Shown: positions 45,848 to 56,366 of the stretch, one piece after another
Position numbering within the stretch: the first letter of the stretch is position 1
Layout: each line of letters starts with the position of its first letter
IMG/VR virus record: IMGVR_UViG_3300042867_001762
Direction: 5' to 3' (one strand)
Length of the DNA: 64,000 nt
From: an uncultured virus (IMG/VR IMGVR_UViG_3300042867_001762)
Lineage: Duplodnaviria; Heunggongvirae; Uroviricota; Caudoviricetes
The notes under the pieces: model-generated
Database searches by the model: none
What the model saw: the letters and a program-made list of their open reading frames with translations, nothing else
Told to the model about the DNA's origin: nothing
Made by a program: the position numbers and the translations under genes

Positions 45848-46508
45848 GGCTTTTATCCTTTTAGAACTCTGTAGAGGCAGGCAGGAACAGTTTGCCATTT
45901 AGGCGGGGCGCTTCGGCCTTCAAGATCGGGGGACTCCGTCTTTAGGGCCGGGGCGTCCGCACAATACGCAGCTGAGTGCTGCCGTCACAACGGCCTACAG
46001 GGCTTGCCTACTACCTCTGCAAAGAACCGGTCATAACCACCCCGCAGGCTCTCGGGTGCCCGTGACAATACTTCCTCTCGGAGCCGTTGAACGGCGTCAA
46101 GCGGCACGGCCTGTTGTAGGCGTGCTTCGGCCTCCAAACAGCGAATAGTCATCAGAACAAGTGCTTCGTCTTTACTCATGGTTTCACCACCTTGTCTAAA
46201 TCAGCAAAAATCTTGTCGGTCGACGCTTTCAACTCCTCGCGCTCGCGCTTGTGAGTCGCATGGCTGCTGCTGGAGTTGTCGACGGGGACGGAGTGAGCCG
46301 CGAAGGCTTCTGCCAGCGCCAGCACGTTGGAGCGCACGGTGCCCGCGCCGTAGCGTTTTTCGCCCGTCTCAATCCAGTGGGCAATGGTGAGATCCCACTC
46401 GGGCTGGTCGTGGAAAAAGGCAGCGGCTGCCGCCCGGTCACGTTTCATTGTCATGGTTTCTCCGGTACCCGTCCAGCCCGTAGAGGCGCGAGGTCGCGCT
46501 GTTGGTGT

Positions 46509-46820
46509 TCATGACTGCTCCTTCGTCGCCTTTGCGATGGCGGCGCGGGCTGACTCTAGCGCCGGGTCGTCGTCGTCTAATGTTTGGCGCATTTTAGATA
46601 CCATACGCTCCAGATGAACCAGCGCCGCCAGCAGGTCAGGCGCTGCACCGATCAGGGCTCGGTTGGCATCCGTCGTATCCAGGTACGGTCCACGATCATA
46701 ATCATAGGACGCACAGAGCACAGATTCGCCGTACCTCCCGTCGGTCCTCGTTGATTTCGCCTGACGCAAATCGGATGTGTCTCGCCAGTCCCACGGTCCG
46801 GGTGTGTATTTTGTGGTCAT
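46509..46820 (-). CDS. phage TPGPW...AAPDLL family hypothetical protein
   Basis: YTPGPW...ANRALIGAAPDLL...ARAAIAKA. Confidence 0.75.
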   Translation of the reverse strand: MTTKYTPGPWDWRDTSDLRQAKSTRTDGRYGESVLCASYDYDRGPYLDTTDANRALIGAAPDLLAALVHLERMVSKMRQTLDDDDPALESARAAIAKATKEQS

Positions 46821-47102
46821 GCCGTCTCCTTGTCGTCGCCGGGGTCAGGCAGATTCATGATGCACCCCTTCGGTCCCGGTGTGTGATTCGTCATCATGGT
46901 TTCACCCCTTGCACCAGCATATGGTAAATACCAAGGGACACGAGGGCGAATGCACAAGTAATCGCGGGGTAAAATAACCGCGCCCACCAGATAACCGCCC
47001 ACCGCTTGGCCTCACCCCCAAGGGCGAAGCACAGTACAGCAAGTAAGGCGTCGGCAGCAATGACCGGCAGCGCCAGCGAGACAACAGCGGCAACAAGCGG
47101 GC

Positions 47103-47672
47103 TCATGACTTCACCTCTTCTTCATAGTGCTGCACCAGCAGGGGTAAACTAGACCGGATCACGTCCATGACCTCCTCCGCCCGTCTGACCTTGCGTTCCA
47201 AGAACTCAAGACGTGCGATAGCAGCGGCATGTTCGCTCGCCAGACACCACCGACCGGCGATGGGGGCGGAGGATTCAAGGATATCGTAGGCACCCTCGAC
47301 CCACTGAGTGTGTTGGCGGCTGGTTTCGATGACGATGTCTCGACCAGTCGTCAACGTCTCCCGCAACTGCGCCACCATCTGCTCGGCGTCGTCACGCTCG
47401 GCGCGGGCGATGGCACGCTGGGTATCCATGTGCGCGCACGCCTTCTCTGACGAGCGCCACAACATGCGGGCTGCTTCGGCGTCGTCGACGAGCATCTCGA
47501 CCATGCCAGTCGACTTGTCGAGTTCCTGTCCGTAGTTGTCGCGCTCAATCGTCCGCTCCTTCGCCAACGCCTCCGCTGCGTCACGCTGGACGGTGAGGCT
47601 TTCGATGAGTGCAAGAGCGCCAGCGAGGTCGGCGGGTAGGCGGATAGCGTTGTCGGTCAGTGGTTTGCTCAT
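47103..47672 (-). CDS. coiled-coil hypothetical protein
   Basis: MSKPLTD..., ERD heptads. Confidence 0.7.
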   Translation of the reverse strand: MSKPLTDNAIRLPADLAGALALIESLTVQRDAAEALAKERTIERDNYGQELDKSTGMVEMLVDDAEAARMLWRSSEKACAHMDTQRAIARAERDDAEQMVAQLRETLTTGRDIVIETSRQHTQWVEGAYDILESSAPIAGRWCLASEHAAAIARLEFLERKVRRAEEVMDVIRSSLPLLVQHYEEEVKS

Positions 47673-47961
47673 GGTTGCTCCTTGAGCCACAGCATTGCCA
47701 ATGGCGATGGTTTTGATTTATTTTTTTGGAGGACTGCATCTTCGTCGGCGTATCGGTCGAATACTTGTACGCTGTAGCCAGGCTCTCGCGTTGGCTTTCG
47801 ATTGTAGTATTCCGGGCAGTAGGTTCCGTCGAAACCACCACCGCCTTCGTACTCATCGAGTCTGTCAAAGATCATGTGTCTCCCGGACAAAAAACTCACC
47901 GGCTGTCGGTGGCTCGCCGCTCAGGATCGGCGGTCCCCGGCTTTAGGACCGGGGCGGGCTG

Positions 47962-48318
47962 TCACTCCTGTTCAAGAGCAGCCTTGCACCAAGCTGTCAC
48001 GTCAATGTATGTGCCATCGGCCTCACGGATATTGACAATCTTTTTTTGTTCTACTAGGGATTGAATCACTTCACGCAAGCGCTCGTTATCATCTCGTGCT
48101 TCGTTGCGCTCACGGTGCATTTCCAACAGCCCATAGCGGGCTTCGTCGCGCTCAAACCACGCCGTGGCCCGTTCTCTCAGAAGACGTTCGCTCTCGGCGC
48201 GCAGGCGTTCGATCTCTTGCACCAGCCATACAACGTCGTCTTTTCCCCATGGAACAGACATAGGCAGCGTGTATGGTATGTTCCACTTTTCTTTGATCTC
48301 GTCGAGTAAATCATTCAT
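47962..48318 (-). CDS. coiled-coil hypothetical protein
   Basis: DVVWLVQEIERLRAE, ERDEAR. Confidence 0.65.
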   Translation of the reverse strand: MNDLLDEIKEKWNIPYTLPMSVPWGKDDVVWLVQEIERLRAESERLLRERATAWFERDEARYGLLEMHRERNEARDDNERLREVIQSLVEQKKIVNIREADGTYIDVTAWCKAALEQE

Positions 48319-48342
48319 GATTTTCTTCTTTCGCTCGGATCA

Positions 48343-48723
48343 TTATGACTTGCCCTTTGCTTTGGCAATAGCGATGCCTGCTGCTTGAACAGCATCGACA
48401 TAATACCCAAAGCCATCTCCCTCGCCTGCGTCTGCACAGCTTTGTGCCTTTAGCAGTAGTTCACAGGCGGCTAGCAGATCGGGAGCGGCAGCAGCGAGTA
48501 GGGCATCACTCTCCCTGCACTTGAGATAATAGCCGGTCCAGCCATTGTAGTCAATGTCAATAGGACCAATCGCTTTAGGCAAGCGCCATAGCACATCTCC
48601 AGCCTGAATATCTTTCCCGTGTTCTTCCTTTGCGTAGATAACATCCGCTTCATTGGCGTGCAGCGTGTACCAGTCAATGTGCCAGCCATTCTCGTCGGCC
48701 TCTAGGAAATCATCAATCTTCAT
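48343..48723 (-). CDS. AAPDLL family hypothetical protein
   Basis: DALLAAAAPDLLAAC...AIAKAKG. Confidence 0.65.
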   Translation of the reverse strand: MKIDDFLEADENGWHIDWYTLHANEADVIYAKEEHGKDIQAGDVLWRLPKAIGPIDIDYNGWTGYYLKCRESDALLAAAAPDLLAACELLLKAQSCADAGEGDGFGYYVDAVQAAGIAIAKAKGKS

Positions 48724-49176
48724 GGCTCATCTCTGGTTCGGTCAAGAGTATTTAGGGCGTGAATAAAAGCGTCGACAAGTTGTGTGCTGCCGTTGTCCTC
48801 TAAAGGGGCAGCATCCATCAACCGCTTTAGTGCCGTTCGCAGGCGTTCATTATCTTCGCGCAGAAGTTTCGCCTCGAAATGGGCAGCATCCCGCTCCTCG
48901 ACAATGCTTGTCAGACGGTCATCAGCAGCGGTCATGGATTATCCTTATGAGACTGCCTATCTTCCGGCACCTGCTGCTTGCCACACTCCCGGCAAACCGA
49001 CATCTTGAATAGTGCCAGACAAAAGGAATACTCGGGAGGCTCGTGCAGATAGCGCAAGCAGGTTCCACAATAAGGGTAATCGTTGTATTCGCTCATAGCT
49101 CTCCCGGTAAAAAGCGCACGTTTTTTTGCGGAACGTGCAAACCACTTGCTGTCCGTCGGCAGCAACCGATTACTTG

Positions 49177-49782
49177 TCAGCGACGAACCGAACGTGGCTT
49201 CCAGTTGGCGTCAAAGACACGGGTAGTGGTATCACCCTTGGGGCTCATAACAGTCCGGCTAACCGTGTCAGCGCCAACGTCCGCCCAGTCATCGCTCTTG
49301 CGGCGGCGGAACACAGCCTTGGGAAAACGATTGGGAATCTTATTGCCAGTTTCAGGGTCACGGGCCTCGCAAGTATTCCAGCTCTGCAACACGCTGTTGT
49401 ACTTGCAGAAAACACGGTGGCCGTTGGCGTGCTGGATAACCCGGTGGAGCTGGCCACGGTCACCACGCATACCACTCATAGGATTGCCGGCATCACGGGC
49501 GTAGCCTTCCCAGAGGATAAACTTGCCGTCAAAGTCCGGCTCGCGGCTAATCGGCGTAACAAAGTTCAGGATTTCTGGACATTCAACAATGTCATCATAG
49601 CGGACGGCCAGAGCCGACACCTTGCCATCCAGGTGCTGTTGGAGGATAGCCTGCACACGGGCAGCCTCAGTAATCTCCTCGATGACAGCACGCAGATTCT
49701 GCATGGCAGCAAAGCTGGCGCTCAGATTGCCACCGGTACGATTGCGGATAGTCTCACCAATCTGCGGGATACGCTCGGTCAT
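49177..49782 (-). CDS. hypothetical protein
   Basis: First gene after the motif at 49818, GGAG RBS. Confidence 0.7.
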   Translation of the reverse strand: MTERIPQIGETIRNRTGGNLSASFAAMQNLRAVIEEITEAARVQAILQQHLDGKVSALAVRYDDIVECPEILNFVTPISREPDFDGKFILWEGYARDAGNPMSGMRGDRGQLHRVIQHANGHRVFCKYNSVLQSWNTCEARDPETGNKIPNRFPKAVFRRRKSDDWADVGADTVSRTVMSPKGDTTTRVFDANWKPRSVRR

Positions 49783-50127
49783 ACTGACTCCGTTGTTGGG
49801 GTGTGGCGGTCGACCTACAGGATCGGGCGGCACCGGCTTTAGGCCCGGCCCCCTCAGTCATGGGCTGGTATCAGTCGATCACGAAAGAGGGAGAAAAGAT
49901 TTGTGAAGTTGACATAGCGGCGCTGCGTGTTGACGCCGATGACATCTGCAAATATACCACAGCAAGGGCAACCATAAACCCGCAATAGTCCTTTACGAAT
50001 GCGGCGCTTACGACCTTGCCGGTAGGCAAGTGCCACCTTTAGCTATCCACTAATGGCGGCATCTGCCTGTGCCGGACTAAGTGCCAATGCTCGTCCGGCA
50101 TGAACAATAGGCTTGCTCATGTCATTC

Positions 50128-50589
50128 CTAGAAGCGATCAGACAGGTAAACAAAGTCGGGATTTTCTTCCCCGTCCTCGTTTATCTCCAGATCATTATCA
50201 GTCATGTCCCGGCATTCATCGCCAGTCATGCGTCCTTTGGCAAAAGTAGCACAGCCATTGAAACACATACCAGGCTCCTCATAGAGATGGCGGATCTCCA
50301 GGCTGGGAAAGCGATCTGCCAGCCGGCCGGTGACGCCAAGTGACGGAGCCCAAGCTGTGTCAAAGGTCAGAGTAATGTGATCATCAGAATCCCGGCTAAT
50401 AGAGAAGCCGGTGGCATCCCACTTGGTGCCCCAGTTGGTAGTATTCCAATCATACCAATCCTCGTCAGGCGGACGGGGAAAGATAGCAGCGAATGGCTCG
50501 TCGGTATTGCAGAGTAGGGCCATGACCCCATCCATGTCAGCGGTGCTGTTGGAAGAAATCTCGACAATGTTACCACACCAGTTAGGCAC
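50128..50589 (-). CDS. DUF1281/YubB ferredoxin-like domain protein
   Basis: (M)PNWCGN...WYDWNTTNWGTKWD...FDTAWAP...YEEPGMCF. Confidence 0.8.
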   Translation of the reverse strand: MPNWCGNIVEISSNSTADMDGVMALLCNTDEPFAAIFPRPPDEDWYDWNTTNWGTKWDATGFSISRDSDDHITLTFDTAWAPSLGVTGRLADRFPSLEIRHLYEEPGMCFNGCATFAKGRMTGDECRDMTDNDLEINEDGEENPDFVYLSDRF

Positions 50590-50639
50590 AGGATCTCCGG
50601 GGTTACAGGTTACAGGATCGGGATAAACCGTCTTTAGGA

Positions 50640-51134
50640 TCAGGCAGCCCGGCGGGCAGCCCGGATCTTTAGCCAACGCTCAAGGCCTTCGGCATCACGG
50701 AAAAAGTATTCCTCGACAAACCAAAAGTTGCGAATAAGACCAGCATCATCCTGCTTGACATAGGTAGGAACACCGAGCATAATAGCGCAGGCATTGTGCA
50801 AGTAAGCGTAGTTGACGCTATACTTTTTGCCGGGAATAATATCCCAGTGATCAGACGGCTGACCTTCGGGAATCAGGACAAGCTCTAGCCCGTCATTCTC
50901 AGTAATACGCCCATTGAAAAAGCTATACAGAGTGCGAACAATAACAGCCGGGTCATTCAGGTCCGGCATGGCATCCGGGCGGCTTTCCCGAACATGATTA
51001 GCAACGGCCTCAGAAATAGCATTGGCAACATGCAGGGTCCAAGAGAAATAGTCTACCATCATGTCATAGCGACCGGGAGCAAAGTCAGCCGGCTTGAAGT
51101 TAGCGCCAAGCATTTCCGAAAAAGACTTATGCAT
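50640..51134 (-). CDS. hypothetical protein
   Basis: MHKSFSE..., GGAG RBS. Confidence 0.65.
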   Translation of the reverse strand: MHKSFSEMLGANFKPADFAPGRYDMMVDYFSWTLHVANAISEAVANHVRESRPDAMPDLNDPAVIVRTLYSFFNGRITENDGLELVLIPEGQPSDHWDIIPGKKYSVNYAYLHNACAIMLGVPTYVKQDDAGLIRNFWFVEEYFFRDAEGLERWLKIRAARRAA

Positions 51135-51153
51135 GTTGTCTCCTGTCAGGGCT

Positions 51154-51462
51154 TCAGCGACGGCGGTTGATGGTAGCGGCAAACCCAGTCCACAGCGCGT
51201 CTTCAAAGTCCTTCAGAGCAAACAGGTGGATACCACGACCACGGATGCCCGCATCCTCCTTCAACTGACAGACAGGCTCAATGCAAAAAACTCGGCGAAC
51301 ATCGTCAGGCTCTTGGTCTGCCATGTAGGTAGCGAACGCACCACCCAGCAGTACATTCTGTGCCATCCAGGCATCACGGGTGCTAGGAGCACGCATCCAA
51401 GTACGAATCTCCGACAGGCTGCCGGTATGAGCGGGCTTCTCACCAACAATAGGCAGGGTCAT
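51154..51462 (-). CDS. hypothetical protein
   Basis: First gene after the motif at 51492. Confidence 0.6.
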   Translation of the reverse strand: MTLPIVGEKPAHTGSLSEIRTWMRAPSTRDAWMAQNVLLGGAFATYMADQEPDDVRRVFCIEPVCQLKEDAGIRGRGIHLFALKDFEDALWTGFAATINRRR

Positions 51463-51577
51463 GGCGTCTCCGGGGTTTGCGGTTCGTCCTACAGGATCGG
51501 GGGACACCGGCTTTAGGACCGGCGCTACTGTTAGATCCACCGCATCCTGTATGCTGCGGCGGTTCGTCGGTCGTCCC

Positions 51578-52072
51578 TCAGGATCGGCCGGACCCGACTT
51601 TAGGCCCGGCCCCGATTGTCACGATTGCCATATTCTTTAGCTTATCAGCGGCAGCCTTATAGCTAACCTTCATACTCTCTATTTTCTCTACCTTCAATCG
51701 GATTATTTCCTTTATGCTTTCCCTGTCTAATGCGGCATTAGAACCCAGATCAAATGGATACAAAAGAGTGAAGTTCTTTTTCAGAACTCTTTTTGGAGAC
51801 TTTACCCACACCATGATAGAGTAAATGATTCCTGTGCTGCTAGGAAAGGCAGAAGGATCTGGCCATATCCTATGCTCGTACCAAGCAAACAGGGGTATAG
51901 TAACCTTGAAGACTTTATGATTATGGTTATTGCAGGCAACAATATATTTTGTTATCTTACGCAAATCATCAGGATGCAGCAGCGGGACAAACTCTGGTCT
52001 GCTCTCTGTTAGTATAGATATAGCTTCTTCGCTGGATCTTGCATAAGACAGCGCGACTTTGTCAAGTTTCAT
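51578..52072 (-). CDS. hypothetical protein (MKLD start)
   Basis: MKLDKVALSY...; AT-rich; tail GPKVGSGRS encoded by a motif copy. Confidence 0.65.
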   Translation of the reverse strand: MKLDKVALSYARSSEEAISILTESRPEFVPLLHPDDLRKITKYIVACNNHNHKVFKVTIPLFAWYEHRIWPDPSAFPSSTGIIYSIMVWVKSPKRVLKKNFTLLYPFDLGSNAALDRESIKEIIRLKVEKIESMKVSYKAAADKLKNMAIVTIGAGPKVGSGRS

Positions 52073-52328
52073 GACAACTCCATACAGCGGCATACCCGGC
52101 TTTAGAGCCGGCGCGGGTCAACTAGCAGCTGTCTAATACTTAGTACAGCTGTAATACCGGCATCAAGAGAGGTTTTAGCTCCCGGTGGGTGGTGGCGGTT
52201 CCCTTGGTATCTTTTGCCCATTATTCTTCAGACGGGTAAACGCTGCAAAGCGGTTGTCTGCCGGCAATAGGCCAGCCGCTCTAGGCACAAGAAAAAGAGA
52301 GAAGAAGCAAACAGCGGGGCAACCGGGA

Positions 52329-52695
52329 CAGGATCAGGGCACACCGTCTTTAGGACTGGAGCGAGTCTAGAAAAAAGAAAATGCTAACAGGATCAGGCGA
52401 GTATGTTTTTAGGACCGCGTGAAGTTGACAAAAAGACAAAGGGCGACAGGATCAAAAGAATCTGTTTTTAGGACCGGCGCGTTTCACATAGAAACAAGTA
52501 TATAGACACACACAGGTCAAACCGATACAGGATCACAGATCCCCGTCTTTAGGACGGAGCAAGGGCAGAGGATTGCAGGCAATCGGCAAACCCCTACAGG
52601 ATCAGCAACACCCGTCTTTAGGACCGGAACGCTGCAATCCTCTGCCTGACAGAGGGGCAACTGTATCAGGATCAGAAATCGCTGTTTTTAGGACC
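52329..52695 (-). repeat. tandem array of six motif copies with unique intervening sequence
   Basis: Copies at 52329, 52388, 52447, 52528, 52597, 52667 (periods 59, 59, 81, 69, 70); no credible gene. Confidence 0.85.
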
Positions 52696-52725
52696 GGAGC
52701 ACACAACGCGCGCGCGAATAGATCG

Positions 52726-54228
52726 CCCGCCCCCGGTTGTCCCGTTGGCAGGTGTGTTGCAGGTTGTAGGTACCGGGGAGAGTCGCCCCTCCCCGGTAGT
52801 GGCTTCAATCAAGCCAAAACAAGCCTTTTTCTAACCAGCTACAGGCAGCATGCATGGCCCGTGCCCTGTCCGCTTCGAGCGGCGCAAAGCGGGCACATTG
52901 AAAGGCCATCGCAATACACTCCGTCCACGTAGGCTCGACGTCAGGACGGCTAGGAGGAAGTTCCAAAAAGCGCAGCATTATTGCCACCTGTGTAGGGGTA
53001 AGCTGTCATTCTAACAGGAAAGGGAGCCGGGTTATCCCGGCCCCCACCTGCCTGCCTCACTTCAGCTTGGCGACAGCTTCAGCGAGACGGTCAGCCAGCC
53101 GGAGAACCTCGGCACGGCTAGCCTCGGTACCAGCGGTCCCGGTACCATCCACCTTGACAGAGAGCTTATCAGCGTTCTCCCGGAGAAACGCCACTCCCTT
53201 GTCGGTCATGATGAGGTCCAGCGCAATCCCCACAAAGTGGGGAGCGTAGACCGTGACAGGAAAGCGAGCGGACACACCGTAGATGCTGATAGCACCCTTC
53301 TCGCTGGCCTTGGCGGTGTAACCACGCGCCTCGCCCTTAGTCTTGGTAGCAGCATCGGCACGGGCCTTCTCTGCTGCCAGCGCAGCCTCGGCAGCCTTGA
53401 GACGCTCCATGAGAGCTGCCACATCCGGGCTGACAGAGGTGACGGTGTTGTTGGCGACGGGGGTTCCGACCTTGATGAGCGACATGATGCTCTCCCTGTA
53501 TTTAGGCTCCACGAGATACCCGACCACCGGGTATAACGCTTCACCTTTGCGGCTATGTAGTGGGCCGCCGTTCTGCTCTACAGGATCGGCGGACCCCGAC
53601 TTTAGGACCGCCGCCCCCTGTCAAGAAAAACTGCTTTCTAGCAGGTACTATCTAGCAACCTACCAAGCATCCCTATCAACGCGCGCGAGACAATAGCTAT
53701 CCAGCAAGCCCGGGCGGCCTGCTAAAGATTATAAAGTTATCTCCCAGCTCTCTACCGTTAGGGAAAGCCAGAATCAGTAAAAGCACAACAGGATCACACA
53801 ACACCGTCTTTAGGACTGAAGCCGCAATCCTAATAACAGATAGAAAAGATCCTGCAAACATTGCATCAGCATTACAAAGCCACTAGGCACACCGCACCCG
53901 TCCCCGGTTGTCCCGTTGACGCAGGTTACAGGATCGGCGGACTCCGTCTTTAGGACCGCCGGCCCCTGTCAGCTATCATAAAACGCAAAAACAAAACGGA
54001 TCTTTTGTCCACATAACTAATCCACCGGATACACCTCTCCCCGCCCCCGACTATAGCGTTGACGCGTAACAGGATCGGGAGAAGCTGTTTTTAGGACCGG
54101 CACAATAAAAAGGGGCATAAACTTTGCAGGCAATCCCGGTCCTAAAAACGGGCTTTCCCGATCCTGTTATTGTTCCCCGGTTTTTTCTTGCAATCGACGC
54201 ACCTATCCCGCCCCCGGTTGTCCCGTTG
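52726..54228. repeat. 22-bp direct repeat CCCG(C/T)CCCCGGTTGTCCCGTTG, three copies
   Basis: 52726-52747, 53897-53918, 54207-54228; partial copies near 54314 and 55058. Confidence 0.75.
53057..53485 (-). CDS. SEKGA-family protein, copy 2
   Basis: MSLIKVG...KASEKGAISIYGVSARFPVTVYAPH. Confidence 0.85.
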   Translation of the reverse strand: MSLIKVGTPVANNTVTSVSPDVAALMERLKAAEAALAAEKARADAATKTKGEARGYTAKASEKGAISIYGVSARFPVTVYAPHFVGIALDLIMTDKGVAFLRENADKLSVKVDGTGTAGTEASRAEVLRLADRLAEAVAKLK

Positions 54229-54457
54229 ACCCGTCTGTCAGGATCGTCGGCGTATGTTTTTAGGACCGACGACCGGACTGCCCCGCGCCGGGCAATAAAA
54301 AAAGGAATAGTTCGCCCGCCCCGGTTTGTCACCAGAGTACGTCCTACAGGATCAGGCGAGTATGTTTTTAGGGCCGGTGGCGAACCCGGCGGGTCCGGCC
54401 GGGCGCCGGTCGCCGGAAAAGGGGCAGGCGGGTCGCCCCGCCCACCCCCGGCCCGCC

Positions 54458-54901
54458 TCACTTCAGGCGGGCAACCGCACCGGCCAGCCGGTCTGCGAGG
54501 CGCAGCACTTCCGCCCGGCTCGCCTCCGTCCCGGCCTGCCCGGTGCCGTCCACCTTGACAGACAACTTATCCGCGTTTTCACGCAGGAAGTTGACCCCCT
54601 TATCCGTCATGATAAGGTCAAGGCACACCCCGACAAAGTGCGGGGCATACAGCGTGACAGGGAAGCGGGCGCTAACCCCGTAGATGGAAACCGCGCCCTT
54701 TTCCGATGCCTTCGCAGAATAACCCCGCGACTCCGCCTTGACCTTTTCAGCGGCGTCGGCGCGGGCCTTTTCCGTCGCGACCGCAGCTTCCGCCGCTGCG
54801 AGGCGGGCCATGAGCGCGGCAATGTCAGGAGACAGAGACGGCGCCGTGACGGGCGTGGCAACGGTGGCGGCGACAGGGGCGGGGAGCTTGATAAGCGACA
54901 T
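54458..54901 (-). CDS. SEKGA-family protein, copy 3
   Basis: MSLIKLP...KASEKGAVSIYGVSARFPVTLYAPH. Confidence 0.85.
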   Translation of the reverse strand: MSLIKLPAPVAATVATPVTAPSLSPDIAALMARLAAAEAAVATEKARADAAEKVKAESRGYSAKASEKGAVSIYGVSARFPVTLYAPHFVGVCLDLIMTDKGVNFLRENADKLSVKVDGTGQAGTEASRAEVLRLADRLAGAVARLK

Positions 54902-55207
54902 GGCTTGTATCCTGCGTTCTAGCCTATCCGCAACCCCCGACCATCGGGCGCTGCGTCATCGGCGCTGCGTCGCGGCGTCGTCGCCGGGACACCCTACAAG
55001 ATCAGGGGAAGCTGTTTTTAGGACCGGTGGCGACCGCGCTTTTCGGACAATAGGACGCCCGCCCCCGGACTCGCCGTTGGCCCTTGCAGATAAGTTTTGC
55101 AATCTTTTAGCCCCGCATGGCACACCTCCCACGTATGCGGGACAAGATCAGAGGAGTATGTTTTTAGGCCCGGTCCGGAGTCAGGTGCCCCCCCGGCACC
55201 CCGTCCC

Positions 55208-55408
55208 CTAGCGGACGTCCGCCAGCGCCCGCAGCATCTCGGCGCGGCGGGTCAGGTACTCCCGCCCCGTCATTTCCAGATTGCAGCGTTCCGCCGCCCA
55301 TCCCCGCAGCGCCCACGGGGCGCGGGCGAGCGCCGCTTCCATCCCGCCCTCGCGGGCGTTCACCGTCGCGTTGCCGTTGCCGTCAATCGCAATCTCCGTC
55401 ACCTGCAT
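55208..55408 (-). CDS. cassette gene, hypothetical
   Basis: Motif + GGAGG + ATG. Confidence 0.7.
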   Translation of the reverse strand: MQVTEIAIDGNGNATVNAREGGMEAALARAPWALRGWAAERCNLEMTGREYLTRRAEMLRALADVR

Positions 55409-55503
55409 GCAGCCTCCGTTGTGGCACCTATCAGGATCAAAAGTTTATGTTTTTAGGACCGGCCGGACTCGGGACCGGAGCTAGGCCCCGGTCCGTTGTC
55501 CGC

Positions 55504-55797
55504 TCACTCGTATCGCGGGCGCTGCCGGCTCTGCCATTCGGCGAGTGCTTCCGGGTCCCGCGTGCGGCGGACTTCTACATCGGTCCCGCCGAGAACCGAG
55601 AAGCGGTCATGACGCGGCGCGTAATGCGCTTCCTCGCGTTCCAGCCGCCGGGCAAACCGGCGCGCCCGGCGCGGGTTGTCAAAAGACCACGCCTTTTCTA
55701 CATTCGACCAGTCGAACCACCAGCCGCCTTCCTCATGCCCGCCAAAGTGGCGGGAGGTTGAAACGACTGCCACGAAAACCTGCTCGCTGCTGCGCAT
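55504..55797 (-). CDS. cassette gene, hypothetical
   Basis: FGGHEEGGWWF...RPRYE; motif + GGAGG. Confidence 0.75.
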   Translation of the reverse strand: MRSSEQVFVAVVSTSRHFGGHEEGGWWFDWSNVEKAWSFDNPRRARRFARRLEREEAHYAPRHDRFSVLGGTDVEVRRTRDPEALAEWQSRQRPRYE

Positions 55798-55881
55798 CGT
55801 CGCCTCCGTGTCTAACAAGATCAAAAGAATCTGTTTTTAGGACCGGCTCAGCAAAGAACCCCGCGCGTGCGGGGCCGGACC

Positions 55882-56175
55882 TCAGTCCGCGAGAAGCTGC
55901 GCCTCAAACTGGTAGGCCAGTGAGCTGCTTTGATAAGCGTAGCTGCCGACATAGCGGCGACTGACTTCCGCCTGTACCTGCGCCGCCGTCAACGGCGGGA
56001 ACACCTTGACGCCTCCGGTGTTGGCGCCCATCTCCCCCGACTTTTCAGTCAAGGCACCTAGGATGCCCCGGTCCCGGTCAACGAACACAACTTCGCCGGA
56101 AGGGCACTGCATAGCCACGATGCGTTGACCATGGGGACCATAAAGACGACCGGTGTTGAAGTGAACCTTGGACAT
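55882..56175 (-). CDS. cassette gene, hypothetical
   Basis: FNTGRLYGPHGQRI...FVDRDRGI. Confidence 0.75.
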   Translation of the reverse strand: MSKVHFNTGRLYGPHGQRIVAMQCPSGEVVFVDRDRGILGALTEKSGEMGANTGGVKVFPPLTAAQVQAEVSRRYVGSYAYQSSSLAYQFEAQLLAD

Positions 56176-56366
56176 AGCTGCCTCCTGCTAGTTGGTTTCG
56201 TTCCGGCTTCTGCTATACAGGATCAGAGGAGTATGTTTTTAGGACCGGTCGCGAGCCAGGTGGGGCTGGCGCCCCAGCCGGTCACTCGTCGTCGCGGTCC
56301 CGGCGGACTCGCCCCCGGCACGCCCGGCGTTTCGATTCCGCCTTGCGGTCGCGCATGACCCCGCCT

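Noticed and set aside
52329..52695. CRISPR array
   Set aside because: The repeat has a variable 13-nt core, periods are uneven, the same motif occurs singly before dozens of genes, and no cas genes are visible.
52573..54558. ORFs spanning the motif clusters (52573-52932, 54051-54461, 54124-54558)
   Set aside because: Their translations are mostly the repeated motif (VLKT, FRTG, QDQ) with no protein-like features.
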